A DNA stretch of 64,000 bases, from assembly GCA_964016885.1 (NCBI GenBank), contig OZ024758.1, positions 40,135,096 through 40,199,095 on the forward strand, read 5' to 3'. This document shows positions 51,201 through 62,500 of the stretch, piece after piece. Every line of letters starts with the position of its first letter. Positions within the stretch are counted from its first letter, which is position 1. A program made the position numbers and the translations under genes. The notes beneath the pieces are model-generated. The model did not search any database and was not told the DNA's origin. It saw only the letters and a program-made list of their open reading frames with translations. Origin of the DNA: Eledone cirrhosa. Lineage: Eukaryota.

Positions 51201-53519
51201 AGCTTAGGATAGCTTAGGATAGCTTAGCTTAGGATAGCTTAGCTTAGGATAGCTTAGCTTAGCTTAGGATAGCTTAGCTTGGGATAGCTTAGGATAGCTT
51301 AGCTTAGGATAGCTTAGCTTAGGATAGCTTAGGATAGCTTAGCTTAGCTTAGCTTAGGATAGCTTAGCTTAGCTTAGCTTAGGATAGCTTAGCTTAGCTT
51401 AGGATAGCTTAGCTTAGCTTAGCTTAGGATAGCTTAGCTTAGCTTAGCTTAGGATAGCTTAGCTTAGCTTAGCTCAGGATAGCTTAGCTTAGCTTAGCTT
51501 AGGATAGCTTAGCTTAGCTTAGCTTAGGATAGCTTAGCTTAGCTTAGCTTAGAATAGCTTAGCTTAGGATAGCTTAGCTTAGGATAGCTTAGCTTAGGAT
51601 AGCTTAGGATAGCTTAGCTTAGGATAGCTTAGGATAGCTTAGCTTAGGATAGCTTAGCTTAGCTTAGCTTAGGATAGCTTAGCTTAGCTTAGCTTAGGAT
51701 AGCTTAGCTTAGGATAGCTTAGCTTAGCTTAGCTTAGGATAGCTTAGCTTAGCTTAGCTTAGGATAGCTTAGCTTAGGATAGCTTAGCTTAGCTTAGCTT
51801 AGGATAGCTTAGCATAGCTTAGCTTAGGATAGCTTAGCTTAGCTTAGCTTAGGATAGCTTAGCTTAGCTTAGCTTAGGATAGCTTAGCTTAGCTTAGTTT
51901 AGGATAGCTTAGCTTAGCTTAGCTTAGGATAGCTTAGCTTAGCTTAGCTTAGGATAGCTTAGCTTAGCTTAGCTTAGGATAGCTTAGCTTAGGATAGCTT
52001 AGCTTAGCTTAGCTTAGGATAGCTTAGCTTAGCTTAGCTTAGGATAGCTTAGCTTAGGATAGCTTAGCTTAGCTTAGCTTAGGATAGCTTAGCATAGCTT
52101 AGCTTAGGATAGCTTAGCTTAGCTTAGCTTAGGATAGCTTAGCTTAGCTTAGCTTAGGATAGCTTAGCTTAGCTTAGCTTAGGATAGCTTAGCTTAGCTT
52201 AGCTTAGGATAGCTTAGCTTAGCTTAGCTTAGGATAGCTTAGCATAGCTTAGCTTAGGATAGCTTAGCTTAGCTTAGCTTAGGATAGCTTAGCTTAGCTT
52301 AGGATAGCTTAGCTTAGCTTGGCTTAGGTTAGCTTAGCTTAGCTTGGCTTAGGATAGCTTAGCTTAGCTTAGCTTAGCTTAGGATAGCTTAGCTTAGGAT
52401 AGCTTAGGATAGCTTAGCTTAGCTTAGCTTAGGATAGCTTAGCTTAGTTTAGGATAGCTTAGCTTAGCTTAGCTTAGGATAGCTTAGGATAGCTTAGCTT
52501 GGGACAGCTTAGGATAGCTTAGCTTAGGATAGCTTAGGATAGCTTAGCTTAGGATAGCTTAGGATAGCTTAGGTTAGGATAGCTTAGCTTAGGATAGCTT
52601 AGGATAGCTTAGCTTAGGATAGCTTAGGATAGCTTAGCTTAGAATAGCTTAGGATAGCTTAGCTTAGGATAGCTTAGCTTAGGATAGCTTAGGAAAGCTT
52701 AGCTTAGCTTAGCCTAGGATAGCTTAGCTTAGCTTAGCTTAGGATAGCTTAGCTTAGCTTAGCTTAGGATAGCTTAGGATAGCTTAGCTTAGGATAGCTT
52801 AGGATAGCTTAGCTTAGGATAGCTTAGCTTAGGATAGCTTAGCTTAGGATAGCTTAGGATAGCTTAGCTTAGGATAGCTTAGGATAGCTTAGCTTAGGAT
52901 AGCTTAGCTTAGGATAGCTTAGGATAGCTTAGCTTAGCTTAGCTTAGGATAGCTTAGCTTAGCTTAGGATAGCTTAGCTTAGCTTAGCTTAGCTTAGGAT
53001 AGCTTAGCTTAGCTTAGGATAGCTTAGGATAGCTTAGCTTAGGATAGCTTAGGATAGCTTAGCTTAGGATAGCTTAGGATAGCTTAGCTTAGGATAGCTT
53101 AGCTTAGGATAGCTTAGCTTAGCTTAGGATAGCTTAGCTTAGGATAGCTTAGGATATCTTAGGTTAGGATAGCTTAGCTTAGGATAGCTTAGGATAGATT
53201 AGCTTAGCTTAGCTTAGGATAGCTTAGCTTAGCTTAGCTTAGGATAGCTTAGCTTAGCTTAGGATAGCTTAGCTTAGCTTAGCTTAGGATAGCTTAGCTT
53301 AGCTTAGCTTAGGATAGCTTAGCTTAGCTTAGGATAGCTTAGCTTAGCTTAGCTTAGGATAGCTTAGCTTAGCTTAGCTTAGGATAGCTTAGCTTAGCTT
53401 AGGATAGCTTAGCTTAGAATAGCTTAGGATATCTTAGGTTAGGATAGCTTAGCTTAGGATAGCTTAGGATAGATTAGCTTAGCTTAGCTTAGGATAGCTT
53501 AGCTTAGCTTAGCTTAGGA

Positions 53520-56500
53520 TAGCTTAGCTTAGGATAGCTTAGCTTAGGATAGCTTAGCTTAGGTTAGCTTAGCTTAGCTTAGCTTAGGATAGCTTAGGAT
53601 AGCTTAGCTTAGGATAGCTTAGCTTAGCTTAGCTTAGGATAGCTTAGCTTAGCTTAGCTTAGGATAGCTTAGCTTAGCTTAGCTTAGGATAGCTTAGCTT
53701 AGGATAGCTTAGGATTGCTTAGCTTAGCTTAGCTTAGGATAGCTTAGCTTAGCTTAGCTTAGGATAGCTTAGCTTAGCTTAGGATAGCTTAGCTTAGCTT
53801 AGCTTAGGATAGCTTAGCTTAGCTTAGCTTAGGATAGCTTAGCTTAGCTTAGCTTAGGATAGCTTAGGATAGCTTAGGATAGCTTAGCTTAGCTTAGCTT
53901 AGGATAGCTTAGCTTAGCTTAGCTTAGCTTAGGATAGCTTAGCTTAGCTTAGGATAGCTTAGCTTAGCTTAGCTTAGGATAGCTTAGCTTAGCTTAGCTT
54001 AGGATAGCTTAGCTTAGCTTAGCTTAGGATAGCTTAGCTTAGCTTAGCTTAGCTTAGGATAGCTTAGCTTAGCTTAGCTTAGGATAGATTAGCTTAGCTT
54101 AGGATAGCTTAGCTTAGCTTAGCTTAGGAAAGCTTAGCTTAGCTTAGGATAGCTTAGCTTAGCTTAGCTTAGGAGAGCTTAGCTTAGCTTAGCTTAGGAT
54201 AGCTTAGCTTAGCTTAGCTTAGGATAGCTTAGCTTAGCTTAGGTAGCTTAGCTTAGCTTAGCTTAGGATAGCTTAGCTTAGCTTAGCTTAGCTTAGCTTA
54301 GGATAGCTTAGCTTAGCTTAGCTTAGGAGAGCTTAGCTTAGCTTAGCTTAGGATAGCTTAGGATAGCTTAGCTTAGGATAGCTTAGGATAGCTTACCTTA
54401 GGAGAGCTTAGCTTAGGATAGCTTAGCTTAGGATAGCTTAGCTTAGGATAGCTTAGGATAGCTTAGCTTAGCTTAGCTTAGGATAGCTTAGCTTAGCTTA
54501 GCTTAGGATAGCTTAGCTTAGGTTAGCTTAGCTTAGCTTAGCTTAGCTTAGGATAGCTTAGCTTAGGATAGCTTAGGATAGCTTAGGATAGCTTAGCTTA
54601 GGATAGCTTAGCTTAGGATAGCTTAGGATAGCTTAGCTTAGGATAGCTTAGGATAGCTTAGCTTAGGATAGCTTAGCTTAGGATAGCTTAGGATAGCTTA
54701 GCTTAGCTTAGCTTAGGATAGCTTAGCTTAGCTTAGCTTAGGATAGCTTAGCTTAGCTTAGCTTAGGATAGCTTAGCTTAGCTTAGGATAGCTTAGCTTA
54801 GCTTAGCTTAGGATAGCTTAGGATAGCTTAGCTTAGGATAGCTTAGGATAGCTTAGCTTAGGATAGCTTAGGATAGCTTAGGATAGCTTAGCTTAGCTTA
54901 GCTTAGGATAGCTTAGCTTAGCTTAGCTTAGGATAGCTTAGCTTAGCTTAGCTTAGGATAGCTTAGCTTAGCTTAGGATAGCTTAGCTTAGCTTAGCTTA
55001 GGATAGCTTAGCTTAGCTTAGCTTAGGACAGCTTAGCTTAGCTTAGCTTAGGATAGCTTAGCTTAGCTTAGGATAGCTTAGCTTAGCTTAGCTTAGGATA
55101 GCTTAGCTTAGCTTAGCTTAGGATAGCTTAGCTTAGGATAGCTTAGCTTAGGATAGCTTAGCTTAGGTTAGCTTAGCTTAGCTTAGCTTAGGATAGCTTA
55201 GGATAGCTTAGCTTAGGATAGCTTAGCTTAGCTTAGCTTAGGATAGCTTAGCTTAGCTTAGCTTAGGATAGCTTAGCTTAGCTTAGCTTAGGATAGCTTA
55301 GCTTAGCTTAGCTTAGGATAGCTTAGCTTAGGATAGCTTAGGATAGCTTAGCTTAGCTTAGGATAGCTTAGCTTAGCTTAGCTTAGGATAGCTTAGCTTA
55401 GCTTAGGATAGCTTAGCTTAGCTTAGCTTAGGATAGCTTAGCTTAGCTTAGCTTAGGATAGCTTAGCTTAGCTTAGCTTAGGATAGCTTAGGATAGCTTA
55501 GGATAGCTTAGCTTAGCTTAGCTTAGGATAGCTTAGCTTAGCTTAGCTTAGGATAGCTTAGCTTAGCTTAGCTTAGGATAGCTTAGCTTAGCTTAGGATA
55601 GCTTAGCTTAGCTTAGCTTAGGATAGCTTAGCTTAGCTTAGCTTAGGATAGCTTAGCTTAGCTTAGCTTAGGATAGATTAGCTTAGCTTAGGATAGCTTA
55701 GCTTAGCTTAGCTTAGGAAAGCTTAGCTTAGCTTAGGATAGCTTAGCTTTGCTTAGCTTAGGATAGCTTAGGATAGCTTAGCTTAGGATAGCTTAGGATA
55801 GCTTAGCTTAGGATAGCTTAGGATAGCTTAGGTTAGGATAGCTTAGCTTAGGATAGCTTAGGATAGCTTAGCTTAGGATAGCTTAGGATAGCTTAGCTTA
55901 GGATAGCTTAGGATAGCTTAGCTTAGGATAGCTTAGCTTAGGATAGCTTAGGAAAGCTTAGCTTAGCTTAGCTTAGGATAGCTTAGCTTAGCTTAGCTTA
56001 GGATAGCTTAGCTTAGCTTAGCTTAGGATAGCTTAGGATAGCTTAGCTTAGGATAGCTTAGGATAGCTTAGCTTAGGATAGCTTAGCTTAGGATAGCTTA
56101 GCTTAGGATAGCTTAGGATAGCTTAGCTTAGGATAGCTTAGCTTAGGATAGCTTAGGATAGCTTAGCTTAGCTTAGCTTAGGATAGCTTAGCTTAGCTTA
56201 GCTTAGGATAGCTTAGCTTAGCTTAGCTTAGCTTAGGATAGCTTAGCTTAGCTTAGGATAGCTTAGGATAGCTTAGCTTAGGATAGCTTAGGATAGCTTA
56301 GCTTAGGATAGCTTAGGATAGCTTAGCTTAGGATAGCTTAGCTTAGGATAGCTTAGCTTAGCTTAGCTTAGGATAGCTTAGCTTAGGATAGCTTAGGATA
56401 GCTTAGCTTAGGATAGCTTATCTTAGGATAGCTTAGGATAGCTTAGCTTAGCTTAGCTTAGGATAGCTTAGCTTAGCTTAGCTTAGGATAGCTTAGCTTA

Positions 56501-59500
56501 GCTTAGGATAGCTTAGCTTAGCTTAGCTTAGGATAGCTTAGCTTAGCTTAGGATAGCTTAGCTTAGCTTAGCTTAGGATAGCTTAGCTTAGGATAGCTTA
56601 GCTTAGGATAGCTTAGCTTAGGTTAGCTTAGCTTAGCTTAGCTTAGGATAGCTTAGGATAGCTTAGCTTAGGATAGCTTAGCTTAGCTTAGCTTAGGATA
56701 GCTTAGCTTAGTTTAGCTTAGGATAGCTTAGCTTAGCTTAGCTTAGGATAGCTTAGCTTAGGATAGCTTAGGATTGCTTAGCTTAGCTTAGCTTAGGATA
56801 GCTTAGCTTAGCTTAGCTTAGGATAGCTTAGCTTAGCTTAGGATAGCTTAGCTTAGCTTAGCTTAGGATAGCTTAGCTTAGCTTAGGATAACTTAGCTTA
56901 GCTTAGCTTAGGATAGCTTAGGATAGCTTAGGATAGCTTAGCTTTGCTTAGCTTAGGATAGCTTAGCTTAGCTTAGCTTAGGATAGCTTAGCTTAGCTTA
57001 GCTTAGGATAGCTTAGCTTAGCTTAGGATAGCTTAGCTTAGCTTAGCTTAGGATAGCTTAGCTTAGCTTAGCTTAGGATAGCTTAGCTTAGCTTAGCTTA
57101 GGATAGCTTAGCTTAGCTTAGCTTAGGATAGATTAGCTTAGCTTAGGATAGCTTAGCTTAGCTTAGCTTAGGAAAGCTTAGCTTAGCTTAGGATAGCTTA
57201 GTTTAGCTTAGCTTAGGAGAGCTTAGCTTAGCTTAGGATAGCTTAGCTTAGCTTAGCTTAGGATAGCTTAGCTTAGCTTAGCTTAGGTAGCTTAGCTTAG
57301 CTTAGCTTAGGATAGCTTAGCTTAGCTTAGCTTAGCTTAGGATAGCTTAGCTTAGCTTAGCTTAGGAGAGCTTAGCTTAGCTTAGCTTAGGATAGCTTAG
57401 GATAGCTTAGCTTAGGATAGCTTAGGATAGCTTACCTTAGGAGAGCTTAGCTTAGGATAGCTTAGCTTAGGATAGCTTAGGATAGCTTAGCTTAGGATAG
57501 CTTAGCTTAGGATAGCTTAGCTTAGGATAGCTTAGGATAGCTTAGCTTAGCTTAGCTTAGGATAGCTTAGCTTAGCTTAGCTTAGGATAGCTTAGCTTAG
57601 GTTAGCTTAGCTTAGCTTAGCTTAGCTTAGGATAGCTTAGCTTAGGATAGCTTAGGATAGCTTAGCTTAGGATAGCTTAGGATAGCTTATCATAGGAGAG
57701 CTTAGCTTAGGATAGCTTAGGATAGCTTAGCTTAGGATAGCTTAGGATAGCTTAGCTTAGGATAGCTTAGCTTAGGATAGCTTAGGATAGCTTAGCTTAG
57801 CTTAGCTTAGGATAGCTTAGCTTAGCTTAGCTTAGGATAGCTTAGCTTAGCTTAGCTTAGGATAGCTTAGCTTAGCTTAGCTTAGGATAGCTTAGGATAG
57901 CTTAGCTTAGGATAGCTTAGGATAGCTTAGCTTAGGATAGCTTAGGATAGCTTAGGATAGCTTAGCTTAGCTTAGCTTAGGATAGCTTAGCTTAGCTTAG
58001 CTTAGGATAGCTTAGCTTAGCTTAGCTTAGGATAGCTTAGCTTAGCTTAGGATAGCTTAGCTTAGCTTAGCTTAGGATAGCTTAGCTTAGCTTAGCTTAG
58101 GACAGCTTAGCTTAGCTTAGCTTAGGATAGCTTAGCTTAGCTTAGGATAGCTTAGCTTAGCTTAGCTTAGGATAGCTTAGCTTAGCTTAGCTTAGGATAG
58201 CTTAGCTTAGGATAGCTTAGCTTAGGATAGCTTAGCTTAGGTTAGCTTAGCTTAGCTTAGCTTAGGATAGCTTAGGATAGCTTAGCTTAGGATAGCTTAG
58301 CTTAGCTTAGCTTAGGATAGCTTAGCTTAGCTTAGCTTAGGATAGCTTAGCTTAGCTTAGCTTAGGATAGCTTAGCTTAGCTTAGCTTAGGATAGCTTAG
58401 CTTAGGATAGCTTAGGATAGCTTAGCTTAGCTTAGCTTAGGATAGCTTAGCTTAGCTTAGCTTAGGATAGCTTAGCTTAGCTTAGGATAGCTTAGCTTAG
58501 CTTAGCTTAGGATAGCTTAGCTTAGCTTAGCTTAGGATAGCTTAGCTTAGCTTAGCTTAGGATAGCTTAGGATAGCTTAGGATAGCTTAGCTTAGCTTAG
58601 CTTAGGATAGCTTAGCTTAGCTTAGCTTAGGATAGCTTAGCTTAGCTTAGCTTAGGATAGCTTAGCTTAGCTTAGGATAGCTTAGCTTAGCTTAGCTTAG
58701 GATAGCTTAGCTTAGCTTAGCTTAGGATAGCTTAGCTTAGCTTAGCTTAGGATAGCTTAGCTTAGCTTAGGATAGCTTAGCTTAGCTTAGCTTAGGATAG
58801 CTTAGCTTAGGATAGCTTAGGATAGCTTAGCTTAGGATAGCTTAGCTTAGGATAGCTTAGGATAGCTTAGCTTAGCTTAGCTTAGGATAGCTTAGCTTAG
58901 CTTAGCTTAGGATAGCTTAGCTTAGCTTAGGATAGCTTAGCTTAGCTTAGCTTAGGATAGCTTAGCTTAGCTTAGCTTAGGATAGCTTAGGATAGCTTAG
59001 ATTAGCTTAGCTTAGGATAGCTTAGCTTAGCTTAGCTTAGGATAGCTTAGCTTAGCTTAGCTTAGGATAGCTTAGCTTAGGATAGCTTAGCTTAGGATAG
59101 CTTAGCTTAGGTTAGCTTAGCTTAGCTTAGCTTAGGATAGCTTAGGATAGCTTAGCTTAGGATAGCTTAGCTTAGCTTAGCTTAGGATAGCTTAGCTTAG
59201 CTTAGCTTAGGATAGCTTAGCTTAGGATAGCTTAGGATTGCTTAGCTTAGCTTAGCTTAGGATAGCTTAGCTTAGCTTAGCTTAGGATAGCTTAGCTTAG
59301 CTTAGGATAGCTTAGCTTAGCTTAGCTTAGGATAGCTTAGCTTAGCTTAGCTTAGGATAGCTTAGCTTAGCTTAGCTTAGGATAGCTTAGGATAGCTTAG
59401 GATAGCTTAGCTTAGCTTAGCTTAGGATAGCTTAGCTTAGGATAGCTTAGGATAGCTTAGCGTAGCTTAGCTTAGGATAGCTTAGCTTAGCTTAGCTTAG

Positions 59501-62500
59501 GATAGCTTAGCTTAGCTTAGGATAGCTTAGCTTAGCTTAGCTTAGGATAGCTTAGCTTAGCTTAGCTTAGGATAGCTTAGCTTAGCTTAGCTTAGGATAG
59601 CTTAGCTTAGGATAGCTTAGCTTAGGATAGCTTAGCTTAGGTTAGCTTAGCTTAGCTTAGCTTAGGATAGCTTAGGATAGCTTAGCTTAGGATAGCTTAG
59701 CTTAGCTTAGCTTAGGATAGCTTAGCTTAGTTTAGCTTAGGATAGCTTAGCTTAGCTTAGCTTAGGATAGCTTAGCTTAGGATAGCTTAGGATTGCTTAG
59801 CTTAGCTTAGCTTAGGATAGCTTAGCTTAGCTTAGCTTAGGATAGCTTAGCTTAGCTTAGGATAGCTTAGCTTAGCTTAGCTTAGGATAGCTTAGCTTAG
59901 CTTAGCTTAGGATAGCTTAGCTTAGCTTAGCTTAGGATAACTTAGCTTAGCTTAGCTTAGGATAGCTTAGGATAGCTTAGGATAGCTTAGCTTTGCTTAG
60001 CTTAGGATAGCTTAGCTTAGCTTAGCTTAGGATAGCTTAGCTTAGCTTAGCTTAGGATAGCTTAGCTTAGCTTAGGATAGCTTAGCTTAGCTTAGCTTAG
60101 GATAGCTTAGCTTAGCTTAGCTTAGGATAGCTTAGCTTAGCTTAGCTTAGGATAGCTTAGCTTAGCTTAGCTTAGGATAGATTAGCTTAGCTTAGGATAG
60201 CTTAGCTTAGCTTAGCTTAGGAAAGCTTAGCTTAGCTTAGGATAGCTTAGTTTAGCTTAGCTTAGGAGAGCTTAGCTTAGCTTAGGATAGCTTAGCTTAG
60301 CTTAGCTTAGGATAGCTTAGCTTAGCTTAGCTTAGGTAGCTTAGCTTAGCTTAGCTTAGGATAGCTTAGCTTAGCTTAGCTTAGCTTAGGATAGCTTAGC
60401 TTAGCTTAGCTTAGGAGAGCTTAGCTTAGCTTAGCTTAGGATAGCTTAGGATAGCTTAGCTTAGGATAGCTTAGGATAGCTTACCTTAGGAGAGCTTAGC
60501 TTAGGATAGCTTAGCTTAGGATAGCTTAGGATAGCTTAGCTTAGGATAGCTTAGCTTAGGATAGCTTAGCTTAGGATAGCTTAGGATAGCTTAGCTTAGC
60601 TTAGCTTAGGATAGCTTAGCTTAGCTTAGCTTAGGATAGCTTAGCTTAGGTTAGCTTAGCTTAGCTTAGCTTAGCTTAGGATAGCTTAGCTTAGGATAGC
60701 TTAGGATAGCTTAGCTTAGGATAGCTTAGGATAGCTTATCATAGGAGAGCTTAGCTTAGGATAGCTTAGGATAGCTTAGCTTAGGATAGCTTAGGATAGC
60801 TTAGCTTAGGATAGCTTAGCTTAGGATAGCTTAGGATAGCTTAGCTTAGCTTAGCTTAGGATAGCTTAGCTTAGCTTAGCTTAGGATAGCTTAGCTTAGG
60901 TTAGCTTAGCTTAGCTTAGCTTAGCTTAGGATAGCTTAGCTTAGGATAGCTTAGGATAGCTTAGCTTAGGATAGCTTAGGATAGCTTATCATAGGAGAGC
61001 TTAGCTTAGGATAGCTTAGGATAGCTTAGCTTAGGATAGCTTAGGATAGCTTACCTTAGGAGAGCTTAGCTTAGGATAGCTTAGCTTAGGATAGCTTAGG
61101 ATAGCTTAGCTTAGGATAGCTTAGCTTAGGATAGCTTAGCTTAGCTTAGCTTAGGATAGCTTAGCTTAGCTTAGCTTAGGATAGCTTAGCTTAGCTTAGC
61201 TTAGGATAGCTTAGCTTAGCTTAGCTTAGGATAGCTTAGGATAGCTTAGCTTAGGATAGCTTAGGATAGCTTAGCTTAGGATAGCTTAGGATAGCTTAGG
61301 ATAGCTTAGCTTAGCTTAGCTTAGGATAGCTTAGCTTAGCTTAGCTTAGGATAGCTTAGCTTAGCTTAGCTTAGGATAGCTTAGCTTAGCTTAGGATAGC
61401 TTAGCTTAGCTTAGCTTAGGATAGCTTAGCTTAGCTTAGCTTAGGACAGCTTAGCTTAGCTTAGCTTAGGATAGCTTAGCTTAGCTTAGGATAGCTTAGC
61501 TTAGCTTAGCTTAGGATAGCTTAGCTTAGCTTAGCTTAGGATAGCTTAGCTTAGGATAGCTTAGCTTAGGATAGCTTAGCTTAGGTTAGCTTAGCTTAGC
61601 TTAGCTTAGGATAGCTTAGGATAGCTTAGCTTAGGATAGCTTAGCTTAGCTTAGCTTAGGATAGCTTAGCTTAGCTTAGCTTAGGATAGCTTAGCTTAGC
61701 TTAGCTTAGGATAGCTTAGCTTAGCTTAGCTTAGGATAGCTTAGCTTAGGATAGCTTAGGATAGCTTAGCTTAGCTTAGCTTAGGATAGCTTAGCTTAGC
61801 TTAGCTTAGGATAGCTTAGCTTAGCTTAGGATAGCTTAGCTTAGCTTAGCTTAGGATAGCTTAGCTTAGCTTAGCTTAGGATAGCTTAGCTTAGCTTAGC
61901 TTAGGATAGCTTAGGATAGCTTAGGATAGCTTAGCTTAGCTTAGCTTAGGATAGCTTAGCTTAGCTTAGCTTAGGATAGCTTAGCTTAGCTTAGCTTAGG
62001 ATAGCTTAGCTTAGCTTAGGATAGCTTAGCTTAGCTTAGCTTAGGATAGCTTAGCTTAGCTTAGGATAGCTTAGCTTAGCTTAGCTTAGGATAGCTTAGC
62101 TTAGCTTAGCTTAGGATAGCTTAGGATAGCTTAGATTAGCTTAGCTTAGGATAGCTTAGCTTAGCTTAGCTTAGGATAGCTTAGCTTAGCTTAGCTTAGG
62201 ATAGCTTAGCTTAGGATAGCTTAGCTTAGGATAGCTTAGCTTAGGTTAGCTTAGCTTAGCTTAGCTTAGGATAGCTTAGGATAGCTTAGCTTAGGATAGC
62301 TTAGCTTAGCTTAGCTTAGGATAGCTTAGCTTAGCTTAGCTTAGGATAGCTTAGCTTAGGATAGCTTAGGATTGCTTAGCTTAGCTTAGCTTAGGATAGC
62401 TTAGCTTAGCTTAGCTTAGGATAGCTTAGCTTAGCTTAGGATAGCTTAGCTTAGCTTAGCTTAGGATAGCTTAGCTTAGCTTAGCTTAGGATAGCTTAGC

